From Macrostomum hystrix (taxonomy: Eukaryota > Animalia > Platyhelminthes), in the NCBI GenBank assembly GCA_950097015.1, contig CATNEN010000029.1:5952001-6016000 (forward strand): a DNA stretch of 64,000 nt, written 5' to 3'. Shown piece after piece: positions 11,623 through 23,493 of the stretch. The notes under the pieces were generated by a model. The model saw nothing but the letters and a program-made list of their open reading frames with translations. It had not been told where the DNA came from and made no database searches. Position 1 is the first letter of the stretch; every line of letters starts with the position of its first letter. A program made the translations under genes and the position numbers.

Positions 11623-14600
11623 TTAAACAGAAAACTCGGCGGAATTGCGCAGATTTCCACTCGGCCCGTGGCGGCCGCCCCCTTCGCCGCCGGAGTTGTT
11701 AGTGAAGAAGCCGGGCTCGCTGCGATTCCTAGGCAGGCCGAAGCTTCGAGCGCGATTGATCTGGGCGCCGGTCGAGGCGGCGGCGGCGGCGGCAACAACG
11801 AATGCGGCAGCGGCTGTGGCCGGCTCGCAGCTGTTGGTTCGACTCCGCACCTCGGAGATTAGCCTACGCCGAGTCTCCGGATATTCGGCCAGGGCGGTTA
11901 GAACGGCGTCGTGTACAGACACAAACATGATGGCTTTGTTAACGAATTCACACCGGTCGCGCATTCGGCGCACCTGATGCTTGCAGCAGGCGAACAGTAT
12001 GGTAACACCGGCCAGTTTGTAGTCAGATACCAGGCCGGTGAGAAACGTGGCGCCAACGCTGTCAATGTAGTTTACTCCAGAGCAGTCAACTACAATGTGA
12101 TGCAGGCTGTTATTCTCGTGACCTTCAACAGTCAGGCTGTCTTCAGCATCGTCTACTTTATGTTGATCGGAGTCGCTGTCGTCCTGCTTGGCGTTTTTGG
12201 CAGCCGCGACAGCTCGGCGCTTGGGATCGAAGCCGGTTAGCTTCACCAGGCGATAGCGGAAATTGTCCACGCTGGCAAAGTAGAGCGCGCCGTCGAAGCG
12301 GAACACAACAACTCCGGGAATCTGGGGAGTGTTTTGCAGTAGGGATAAGGCAATTAATTTGCTGATTTTCAGGGACTAGTTTGTCTTTGTCAGGGACTAG
12401 CTAATCTTTGTGAGGGACTAGCTAATCTTTGTCAGGGACTAGCTAGTCTTTGTCAGGGACTAGCTAATCTTTGTCAGGGACTAGCTAATCTTTGTCAGGG
12501 ACTAGCTAATCTTTATCAGGGACTAGCTAGTCTTTGTCAGGGACTAGCTAGTCTTTGTCAGGGACTAGCTAATCTTTGTCAGGGACTAGCTAGTCTTTGT
12601 CAGGGACTAGCTAATCTTTGTCAGGGACTAGCTAATCTTTGTCAGGGACTAGCTAATCTTTGTCAGGGACTAGCTAATCTTTGTCAGGGACTAGCTAATC
12701 TTTGTCAGGGACTAGCTAATCTTTGTCTTGTCACTATTTTTGTTATAGTTTAGGTAATTTTGTCATAGATTGCCTATTTGGTCCTGTACTAGCTTTTCAT
12801 ATATAATATTTCAAATGATAAGTTAGCCTTATTCTTTCAAAGTCTAGATCCCTTAACCGGCGGTGTCAACTCACCTTCAAAGCGTCCGGATAGAATCTGG
12901 TATCCTTATAAATATCGGTCATTGGCAAGCGGCCAAGAATGGAAGCGCCTGGCGATTGCGTGCGGCAGACCACGGTTAGCAGACTGTAGGCGAATCCGAT
13001 CACCAAGCCGTAGCTTACGTTGCCAATGACAACGCCAAGGAAGCAGACAATCCAAATGCTTAGGTCGTATTTAGACATGCGGTAGAGCCGGCGCGAGTCA
13101 GCGAACTGCATAAAAAGGCCCTTCAGCGCCACAATGATGATACTGGCTAGCACGGCTGTTGGCAGAGGCTTAAATAATGGGCCTAATAGCAGCAGAACCA
13201 GAAGCATTAGGGCTGCGGCAACAAGGCTAGCCACCTGTGTTCGGCCGCCCATGTCATCTTGCACCTGCAGGCGAATATTCGGCGGATTCTGTAAGCTATG
13301 GGTTAGGTATTCGGCGGATTCTGTAGGCTACGGGTTAGATATTCGGCGGATTCTGTAGGCTACGGGTTAGATATTCGGCGGATTCTGTAGGCTACGGATT
13401 AGATATTCGGCGGTTTCTGTAGGCTACGGGTTACATATTCGGCAGATTCTGTAGGCCACGGGTTAGATATTCGGGAGATTCAGTTAAGGTGTGTCAGAGG
13501 TGGGGCACGGATTCAGTTAAGGTGTGTCAGAGGTGGGGCACGGATTCAGTTAGGGTGTCAGAGGTGGGGCACGGATTCAGTTAGGGTGTCATAGGTGGGG
13601 AACGGATTCAGTTAGGGTGTCAGATGTGGGGCACGGATTCAGTTAGGGTGTCAGAGGTGGGGCACGGATTCAGTTAAGGTGTGTCAGAGGTGGGGCACGG
13701 ATTCAGTTAAGGTGTGTCAGAGGTGGGGAACGGATTCAGTTAGGGTGTCAGAGGTGGGGCACGGATTCAGTTAGGGTGTCAGAGGTGGGGCACGGATTCA
13801 GTTAGGGTGTGTCAGAGGTGGGGCACTCATTCAGTTAGGAAGACAGGTCAGAGGTGGGGCACTCATTCAGTTAGGAAGACAGGTCAGAGGTGGGGCACTC
13901 ATTCAGTTAGGAAGACAGGTGAGAGGTGCCACAAAAATAAATTTTCGGCGTAGGACGCACCTGGGAGCGGCTAAGCGATCCGGCTGAGAAAAAGCAGCCG
14001 AAAATGGAGCCCACGGTGTTGACCAGGCCGCTGGCCAGCAGCTCCTGGTTCGAGTCCAGCGGATAGCCGTGCCTGTCTGCGTACAGCTTGCTGATGGAGA
14101 AGGTGCAGGCGTACATGATGACAGCCAGCTGGGCTGCGTCCTGCACCACCTGGGGAAACAGCGACACTGGCGGCAGGCGGGGCGGCGAGAGGCCGCTGGG
14201 AATTTCGCCAACAACAGCTACGTCAAACTTGGTCTGCAATTCAATGGTGAAGCGAAGTTTTTTGTTAGAGGCTCACCTGAAGAAATCAGAGGCTGAACTG
14301 AAGGAATCAGAGGCTGAACTGAAGGAATCAGAGGCTGAGCTGAAGGAATCAGAGGCTGAGCTGAAGGAATCAGAGGCTGAACTGAAGGAATCAGAGACTG
14401 AACTGAAGGAATCAGAGGCAGAACTGAAGGAATCAGAGGCTGAACTGAAGGAATCAGAGGCTGAACTGAAGGAATCAGAGGCTGAACTGAAGGAATCAGA
14501 GACTGAACTGAAGGAATCAGAGGCTGAACTGAAGGAATCAGAGGCTGAACTGAAGGAATCAGAGGCTGAACTGAAGGAATCAGAGGCTGAACTGAAGGAA

Positions 14601-16880
14601 TCATAGGCTGGACTGAAGGAATCATAGGCTGAACTGAAGGAATCAGAGGCTGAACTGAAGGAATCATAGGCTGAACTGAAGGAAGCATAGGCTGAACTGA
14701 AGGAATCATAGGCTGAACTGAAGGAATCATAGGCTGAACTGAAGGAATCATAGGCTGAACTGAAGGAATCAGAGGCTGAACTGAAGGAATCAGAGGCTGG
14801 ACTGAAGGAATCAGAGGCTGGACTGAAGGAATCATAGGCTGAACTGAAGGAATCAGAGGCTGAACTGAAGGAATCAGAGGCTGAACTGAAGGAATCAGAG
14901 GCTGGACTGAAGGAATCAGAGGCTGAACTGAAGGAATCAGAGGCTGAACTGAAGGAATCAGAGGCTGGACTGAAGGAATCAGAGGCTGGACTGAAGGAAT
15001 CAGAGGCTGGACTGAAGTAATCAGAGGCTGAACAGAAGCAATACCTGGAATTCGGCCAGATGGGAGGCTAAGGCGCCAGTCACAACCAGAATAAGCTCGA
15101 TTGGCACAGGGAAGCGGCACCGTTTGGCCAGTTTCGGATTGACAAACACTCTAAATAGCAACAGTAGGCAGATGCACACAGCTGAGATGATCATACTGGC
15201 GGCGTTGGCCCCGCCGATGCGTTTGAAAATATCCGCATAGGTTAAGGCCAGCTTGAAGAAGCCGCTATGACGAGGCACCGAGATGCCTAGAACGGACGGC
15301 ACCTGTAAAAATGGATTGATGAGTTGAAGAATTGTTTAGAAAGAATGGCTTCTGGCACGCATGACCAAAGCTCGGAGGCATACCAATCAGATGACGTGGC
15401 TATTGACTTCATGGACTCGATTCATAGTTACAGAGATTTTTTAAAGCTACTATGAGTAGTCTGCAAAGTATTCCAACGTTATGTACGAGTAAAACATTTT
15501 ATTTAGGAAATGTACTGATCAACTAATTAGATGACGAGGCACTCGACCATTAACTGAATTAATAACAGAACTTAGTCTTTCTGTCTACCAAGTATTTTTA
15601 CTGACTTCCCCTGTGTAACATACGCAGATATGAACAAATTAACATTGACTATTTTAATCCAGGTAATACTAACCTGAGATGTGAGCACGTGAAACGCGGC
15701 GCCAGTTGTGAAGCCGCTAACCAGTGGTGTGCTCAAATAAGTAGTGATGAATCCGAAGCGCAACAGACCCAAGCCAAGCTGGATAATGCCGGCTAGGAGG
15801 CTGACACTCAGAGCAATCTGGACTCGATAGGCTGCGGCTGAATCAATGATCTGTGTACTATTGCCGTCTGTCTCATTGCTCAGCACTGAATAGATGGCCG
15901 GGGCTGGTGTTGCAGATTGTTGAGCAGAGGCGATGCGAGCTACTGGCACAGCCACCATCAGGCTGGAGATGGCGAAGGTGCCCATGCTCACCTGATCAAT
16001 ACCGCCGAAATTTTACTTAGTCTTCAGTTTAGTAATTTAGTAACACTATGCTATAAATAACTCACCGCGGGTTCGAGCCCAGGTACTAGCTTCAATACGA
16101 GCTATGAATAAAAAATAAAAGTTCTAAATAACTAACGTACTTACTAATACGTACGTACTAACGTACTAACTTACTAAAGGCCTAATTAAGTAACCAACTA
16201 ACTGACTGACGAACTAATTAAATATACCCGCAATCAAAAAAATGTTTGTACAAACCGAACCATTTTTTAAGAAATATTTTACTAACCTGCCTAGAAGTGC
16301 CAAACACGAAATACAATAGCAGCGGATAGAAGCCCAGGTACAGGCCGCACACCGGAGGCAGATCCGCTAGCATAGCGTAGGCCATGCCCTGCGGAATGTT
16401 CATGATGCCAACAGTCAGGCCGGCCACAATGTCAGACAGTAGGTCGGTTTTCAGCCGATAATTACGCATGATTGCCACGCAGGGCAGCAGGCGGAGCAGG
16501 AAGTTCAACAGGCAGTCGCTGGTAGGCTTATGACAGGCTGCTGCGCCCAGTCGTTGAACCACATCGCCTTTAGTTGGAGCTTTCGGCCTAGTGAAATGAT
16601 AGCGAGCATCGAAGCCCGATTGGCTAAATATCGGCCTACTGACGTGCACCCGTTTGCCAGTCGAGTGCTGATGCGGTCGGCTTCTATTGAGACGAGACGG
16701 CGGCGTCAGCGGCTTCGTCTGCGCAGGCTCCAACTGAACGGAAGCCGCTTCGCCATTGGCGGCGGAGTAGACGCTATTAGTTCCATTCTCCGCAACGACA
16801 GCAGCTTCGTCCTCCTCGGCGATGCCGTCGGCATTGTCGCCGAGGCGACGAAGCCTGCTAGGCTGACGATTGTGTGGCAT
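11623..16880 (-). CDS. SLC26: SLC26/SulP family anion transporter (prestin/SLC26A5-A6-like) with STAS domain, 6 exons, about 843 aa
   Basis: Exons 16880-16287, 15991-15674, 15302-15045, 14233-13961, 13264-12875 and 12321-11623; all five introns are GT-AG, phase 0. SLC26 motifs: DIVAGLTVGIMNIPQGMAYAMLA, YFVFGTSRQVSMG, NQELLASG, GSLSRS, GGRTQVAS. STAS motifs: FRFDGALYFAS, DCSGVNYIDSVG, FVSVHDAV. Confidence 0.95.
12370..12725. repeat. 21-bp minisatellite in SLC26 intron 5, about 17 copies
   Basis: Unit cagggactagctaatctttgt. Confidence 0.95.
13272..13920. repeat. Two abutting minisatellites (32 bp and 31-36 bp) filling SLC26 intron 4
   Basis: atattcggcggattctgtaggctacgggttag (13272-13480), then gattcagttagggtgtcagaggtggggcacg (13478-13920). 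Confidence 0.95.
14278..15035. repeat. 21-bp minisatellite filling SLC26 intron 3, about 36 copies
   Basis: Unit gaaggaatcagaggctgaact. Confidence 0.95.
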
Positions 16881-19119
16881 ATTGCCAGCCCGATTGCTGA
16901 AAGGTTTTCACAGGAGATCCATTCTTTCGCTAACTGTTTTAAAAACATCAAACTATAAAATTTCAAGAATGAAGCACATAATGCAAAAAAGCAGCAAAAA
17001 TGCTCAATATTAAGTCGATATGCATAGCAGCCTATGCAACTAAAAGATAATTTAAAAGCATGTGCAGCATTGAATGCTACAAGTAATTACATGAAGGGAC
17101 AATAGACTAAACAACAAACAGTGAAGTTACAGCTGCTGTTTACCTAAGGGCTATTGGCTGTTCTAAACTAAAACTAAAGGCAGAGATAGGCCCCTAGCAC
17201 AAGCTAACTGAATTTTTGCAAAGTCTTATCAGGGGTTTCTGTATAGCAAGCTATTGCCACTAAGTTGCAGCTCGAATGTAGGTGTGTCTTAGAACTTATA
17301 GGCAGTCATTAAGGCATGCCAAGATATGCCATGAGATAATGAAAATGAAAAACCTAGACCTAGATTTATATACTAGCTATGTAAGAACTAGGCCAAGGAC
17401 ATTGGGGCAATTTCATTGGTTAGATATAGAGTTTGACTTTAACTTCAAAAATATTTTTTATATACACTCTACTGAATAGCTAAAGAATACAAAAATATTT
17501 TAATAAACTATAAGTTTGTACATTACTAGTGATAGAATTCAGAATTAAGACCAATAATAAAGTATTTATAAAATATATTATAGGCTGTTATATAGGCCTA
17601 ACCAAGGAAGAAATTGATAGCAATAGGTGTAATTTGCAAAATATTTTAGTTGCAAATAAAACTCATTTGTAGCTATACCTATAGTATTATTTTAGCCATA
17701 TAGCATATAACTGAAAAAACCAAAGCATACTAATATCACAACAAATACAAATCATTGATTGGTAGCCTAGCTATGATTGTATATAGGCCCTATAGTAGCA
17801 ACAATAGGCCTATTGTCATGGATATTAGGTAAAATTGTTAGCTGGCTCTGAATATATATCTGTCAATAATAAGAAATTAATCTATTCTAGGTTATTACTT
17901 ATTAGCATTATATTTTGTTAGGCCTAGACTTGTTTTTTTATTTTCATAAAAACAATGAATTTTTAGGTCAAGTACAACAAAAAGTAGGCCTATAACAACA
18001 CAAATTTACTTTCAGTTATCCTTTAGGGTCTACTGTGTTTAATTGTTTTAATGTTACAAAATGAGGTAGTAGACCATAGGCCTTGACCTATAGACCTATT
18101 GTAAGCCTATAGTCAATTAATAGGCCTAGCATAAACATATATGTAATCAAGTGAGACCAGTGATAGTATTACTAATAGGCCAACAAATTGTGGGGTGATT
18201 GAGCTTAGCTTAGATATCTATAGTATGAGTACAACACAGCAACTAGCCTAGTTCCTATCTAGGCTAGCTAAGTCGCAAAACACACATTTAATTTTTGCGA
18301 TTATTCCTAAGCATAGGCCTAACTTAACTAGGCTTACTTAGGACAGGTAGGCCTAGCTAGAAAGTAAGGAAGGACACAGGCTCTAGCCAGGACTGAGGAC
18401 AAAGGGACAAGTAGGAAGAACCCATAATGCAAAAGCTTAGAACTACAAAATATAGACGAAATTTATCTATATTCCTCGACCCTTTGCTTTTATACAGCAT
18501 TTGTATAAGCGCCAGGTTTCTCCGGGGTCACATAGGCTACAGGCCTACAGCTCGGCAAGCTAGGCTACATAAAATCTATTTATATTTATCGTTTATCGTT
18601 TCCAGGAACAGTGTACACTGTTCGGCTCGAGCCTGACATGTTAAAAAATCTATGTGAAACATGTGAAACGTACAATCTCACGTCTAGTCTTTCCGCTGTT
18701 TATCTTCCGCTGTAAATGTAAATTTAATTCAGCCCATTAGTCATAAAGCTAATCTTATAGCTAATCTTCGCTCGTGTCTATGGCATTAATTTAAGTTTTA
18801 ATTTTCCGATTTAAAATTCTTGGGGTAATTAAGAAATGCAATTTATCTCACAGATTCTATACATGTATTTAATTACATTCTATCTAGTATAGCTTTTGCT
18901 TTTCAATCTCAGTGTTTTGTCATTCATATACTCATGCAGGCTTTAATGTGGAGAAGGAATGTGGAAAACGAATGAACAGGTTATTATTCCTCAGCTCGGC
19001 ATGTCACACAGGACCGAAACAGACTTGTTAAACTTGTTAAACATAATGTAGTTCATACACATAACAAGTAGAACACCTCTAGCATCATAGTGAGGAACAT
19101 ACGGATTTGAACGCAATTG

Positions 19120-20225
19120 TTAATGTCTTTGATCAGAACAGTGACTCAGAGAAAAGGAATTAGCATAATGCACCGTGGATACAGTCGGCTGCAGGCAATA
19201 TCCCAGATTGCGACCTTCAGAGGCGTCAGGGTGTCCAGTGCAACGTGGCCCAGGCGCTCCAGGAGAAAATAGCGACACTCTGCATAAGCTGACGCCATCT
19301 GGGCGGCCTCCAGCATTTTCTTCAAGGAACTCGGGTTCAGTCAGCTGCTGCTTGATGACTGCCTTCACAGCGCTGTGTGCCATTTCACACGGGTTTAATT
19401 AGAAACGGCGAGTAGGGCGGTAGCAATTTGATTGAAAATTGCCCATGGTGCTCCTCGGGCACAACGATCCCACGGTGAAACGTCGGTCTGTCACACACGA
19501 TTACGACCGGAACATCGCCGATCTGCTGGCTGGCAGTCTGGACCAACGCGGTAACGAACAGCTGAAACCGCGTGCCTTTGTGCCGAAGATTGTGCCTTTG
19601 ACCAGCCCCACAGCGGAGGAGATAGCCAGGCAGAGGCTCATGTTAGGTCCCCTCTGAGTTGTACACTGTCGGAGCACGACCTGGCCTCGGGGTGATCGAC
19701 CTTGAGTTCGGCGTGTCCATAGATTGTATCCCGTCTCGTCCACGTAGATGACGGTCGCATTCGGTGGCAGATCATGCAGTCATGAACTGGGCGAACTCGC
19801 GTCGCTTGGTAATCACCTCCTCAGAGTTGGCGTGCATCCGAATGTCAGTTTCTTTGGTGCCGATCTTCAGGGTGTAAAGCATGCCTCTGAGAGCCCTTCC
19901 ACTGGTGTTGTTTGAAATCATGGGCTTGTCTGGCAGCTGCTCGTGCAGACGCTGACGCATCCTTGTCTACGTGGCAAACGGATGAATCCACAATTTCCAC
20001 GAGCGCATGACGCATCTCGTCATCAATCTTGCACAACTCTTGACGTCTCCCACCGCGCGGTAGAGCGTCGCTTCTTCCCGTTGTCTCATAGACGTGGATG
20101 ATGTGCTCTGCATTCTTGGCCTTTATTCCCAGGACGTTTGAGGCAAAGCGGACATTTTGCCCTGTGGCCCAAGCATTAATCCACCGTCTCCTGTCCAGAT
20201 TGGAAGTTGGTCGCAGTTGGGCCAT
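19120..20225 (-). pseudogene. IS630/Tc1-like transposase pseudogene (frameshifted)
   Basis: Pieces in several frames: N-terminal HTH (RFASNVLGIKAKNAEHII...LPRGGRR), VYVDETGYNLWTRRTQGRSPRG, VIVCDRPTFH...LLPPYSPFL. Homologous to the intact ORF at 23796-24857; D-to-E spacing about 33. Confidence 0.85.
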
Positions 20226-21249
20226 GTTTAAGCAAATGCTATGGAATAAATTTATAATTTAGCTGTCTATGTGAGGACTGCGTTTGAGATACCGGGCTTA
20301 TAAAGCCTGAGTTTGAATGACAAAACCAGAGATTGAATGTGTGGGTGTATATGGCACAGAGCGATAGTCTATGGGCCAAACCGCGCCAACTGGCTGGATT
20401 AATTCTATGGGGGCTGAGTATGAATGAAAAAACACTGAGATTGAATGGCAAAAGCTATATAATATAGAATCTGTGCATTAACTTGAATTGAAGTAAATTG
20501 CCATAGAAATTTTAAACAACACAAGATTCTTCGAAGGTCCCACGACATCATGATAATGATAATGAATATGAAGATGCGCACTCGTCAAATGCGTTGTACG
20601 CGTTGTGTACGCGGTGCTCTTCATATATGAGCCGTATATGTGCCTTATATATGGCACACTCGCGCTTTACACCCACTTATCCTGAAGTCGGACCTTCGAC
20701 TAAGATGCACCCATTAAAAAAGACAAATTTCTGCTGTTTTTACCATAGAAACCATAGTATTATCCTGACGTGCCGTGAGCGAGCCCAGAGCCCCAAACCC
20801 CGTTTACATGTATGTCTATGGCACAGACCCCAGCCCCCTCCCTCCCATCTTGTCAAGCCCTCGCGGGTGGACTTTGTTAAGTGCATACTTTGTTCATATG
20901 ATGAAATAAAAAGTTCTTGCATCTCATATGCAGCTCTAAAGCAGGACTTGTCTGCAACTTGTCATATCCCAAGGCTCTGACAATCGAAAAAGGCTTTAGA
21001 ACTTGGACTTCGTTCTAACTCGTATATTTAATGAAATTTTATAGAAGCCAAAACGGGAACTGAATGCGAAAACTAAACTAAACTAATTTGAAGATTTCTG
21101 GAATGGACTTGAGATAAAAAGTAAATTTTGCGAGCAAGAAGGTTATTTGAAAACAAGTAATAAAATTCGGCACAGTTGATATTATCGACAAGTACGAAAA
21201 TCTTTCTTTTTTCTTGTTATAAGTACAAAGAATATAATGCTACTGTTAG

Positions 21250-22090
21250 TATATATTTTTGCAATAAATTTCGTCGTTTTTGCGTTCAATTTCGGCGCGA
21301 GCGCTAGTGTGCAGTCCAAACAACTGAGCCATAGACACTGGACAACTTTTGCGTTCAAATTCGGCCGTTTTGCGTCCTATTTCGGCAGTGCAATCACATG
21401 GGAACTGTGGGGACAGTTCGAATGTTTTTGCCATAGACACTTTCTCACTCGATCGCGTTCAGTGAGGGTGGGATGAAAAATTTGTCTCCGAAAGCAGGCC
21501 TATAGTCGTCACCGCAAGTCTGTTTCGGTGTTTTTACTTTCTGCTCCCGGCTAGAATGCCTCCAAGTGGACAATACACGTGCGTCACGACAGTTGATCGA
21601 CAGAGACTGATCGCAGCTTACGACTTCAATGCAGACTGGCGAGCGCTCGCTCGTGTGCTGGGCTTTGCGCGCCAAACTGCGGCAAGCATTATCAAAGCCT
21701 ACGCTGACCAGGGCAGAGCGGACCCTCTTCCAAAATGCGGAGCAAAGAGGCGTCGCTTGACAGATGAGATGGTGAATGCGATCACCGAATTCCTGGAGAC
21801 CCAACCTGGCGCAACAGTGGCGCAGATGAGGAACCACATCCTGCAGGGATTCCCCAATCTAGTGAATGTGTCACTTTCTGCCATTAGCCGCGCACTGGAT
21901 GGAAGACTCATCACTCTCAAGCTCATGAGAGGGAATCCAGTGGATTGGAACACTCCCGTGACCAAGGAGGCCCGCCGCATGCATGCTGAGTGGATTCTGG
22001 CCGAAGGCGTCCATCGCCACACGATCTGGCTTGACGAGTTCGGTGTCAATCTGTGGACACTCCACAGTCAGGGCTGGGCTCCACGAGGTA
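21250..22090 (+). mobile_element. 3'-truncated IS630/Tc1-like element (ORF 21556-22122)
   Basis: MPPSGQYTCVTTVDRQRLIAAY...TIWLDEFGVNLWT is a close paralogue of 23796-24857 and stops after the first catalytic D. The upstream tttttgcgttcaatttcggc resembles that element's TIR. Confidence 0.85.
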
Positions 22091-23159
22091 TATTTAGTTT
22101 AGTGACGACGGTTGCAGCTTAACTCTGCATGCTTGAAGCTTGCTGATAGCAAGGAAATACCTAGGACCCCTTGCATGTACATATACGTATGTTTGCTTGA
22201 GAATGAGTCTGACTACGTATGACTACACATGGAAATAAGAAAAGCTGCAATAGATTTATATTGCAATAGATAGAGAGGAAAGGCCATAGACAACTTGCAC
22301 AACTCACCGCGCTTATGGCTTTAGGGCCTAAGGAGTTAGTTTTACTTTTGTCTATGGCTACGAGAGGCAGAAGTATAATTTTAAAACAGGCCACACGAGA
22401 ATTATAAACTTTGTGACTCCTTACTCCAAGAGCGAGGAATAAAGAGAAGTGAACAAAAAAAAGCCGATACAATTATCAGAGCAATTTCGAGTGTAAATTA
22501 TTCCCTTCTGGTGACGGTGAGTTAATAAACTGCTGAAACTGTTTGTCGAAACGCAAATACTATCAAGCTTTCCGAAGCCAGAACTATTTTCTATTCTTGT
22601 AAAATTTATATTGCAGTATTGTATAGTCTAAATGAAGTTTATTCTTTCGTATAAAAAACTAGGGCATGCTATATTACTATACTAATACACAATCATACTG
22701 GGATTTGTTTTATGGAAAAACGAAAACTTGACCATATTCTTTCGTCGTTACTTTTGTATACGGCTGAGACGAATATTATATAGATTAACAAAGCACAATA
22801 TATTTGCCAGACTTTTTCGGCAAACTTATCGTTAGCTTAAATTTTATTAAAGATTTTAAGCTCTGCGACACGCAGACCTTGGCTTGTCAGCCTTTAGTCG
22901 GTCGTTTTGCTCGACTTAAGATTTTGCCATTTTTCGATCAACAGACTGTCGCTTAAGAGCTTGGAGACGGGCATCTCGCTCAACCGCGGCAACTCGGCCC
23001 GACGCCGCCGCTTAGCTTCGCGACTTTTCTGCAGCAATCTACTGTTCGTAGAACGTTTTGGCGCTAGAAACTGTACAATGTAGAGCAGCAAGCAAAAACA
23101 ATAGTAGTTAAAAGTAGTAGTAGCTTAGATTGAAGCTTGCACTGAGGTACTTTCACTGA

Positions 23160-23365
23160 ACCGCTCGTACGGAATGTCGATGCCCCAGAGCGCGCCTCCC
23201 AGCTTGACGTTGATCTGGGCAGCAACATTAACGGCCACTTTCTTCTTGCCTATCTTCTTGGGATCGCCGATAATCTTGGTCCACAGGCACTGGGTTAGGC
23301 ACCACTAGCTCAGTGCAGCAGAGCCTCTTGACCATGTTATAGCACCTCCCGCTGCGAGATGAATA
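23160..23365 (-). pseudogene. piwi: PIWI-clade Argonaute MID-domain fragment (one frameshift)
   Basis: With one extra A removed at about 23295, the minus strand reads YSSRSGRCYNMVKRLCCTELVVPTQCLWTKIIGDPKKIGKKKVAVNVAAQINVKLGGALWGIDIPYER. This matches the PIWI MID signature (Y..IKK.LC.....PSQC......K....IATKIA.QMNCK.GG.LW.VDIP), with the Y, K, Q and K 5'-phosphate-pocket residues kept. It is preceded by a CTGAC...CAG acceptor-like site. Confidence 0.85.
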
Positions 23366-23493
23366 CTGTGCAGAGGTCAGTGCTGTGTAGAAGTTCTCTC
23401 TGATGGTAGTAGCTTAGAAATTGCAAACCACTGGTGGATTATTCTTGACATTGACAGCCGTTCCAGCTGCAACTTCAGCCGGGTCACAAACTA

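Noticed and set aside
7690-15035. CRISPR-like arrays of 21-38 bp repeats
   Set aside because: Units are directly adjacent with no unique spacers, the context is eukaryotic and there are no cas genes.
14088-15120. ORFs 14088-14606 (ESEAELK)n and 14218-15120 (VQPLIPS)n
   Set aside because: Translations of a 21-bp intronic minisatellite of the SLC26 gene; stop-free only because the unit length is a multiple of 3.
22894-23070. Exon-like segment downstream of the PIWI fragment as a continuation of PIWI
   Set aside because: It has a good acceptor, but no frame contains the expected MIVGIDVYH PIWI-domain start; its origin is unknown.
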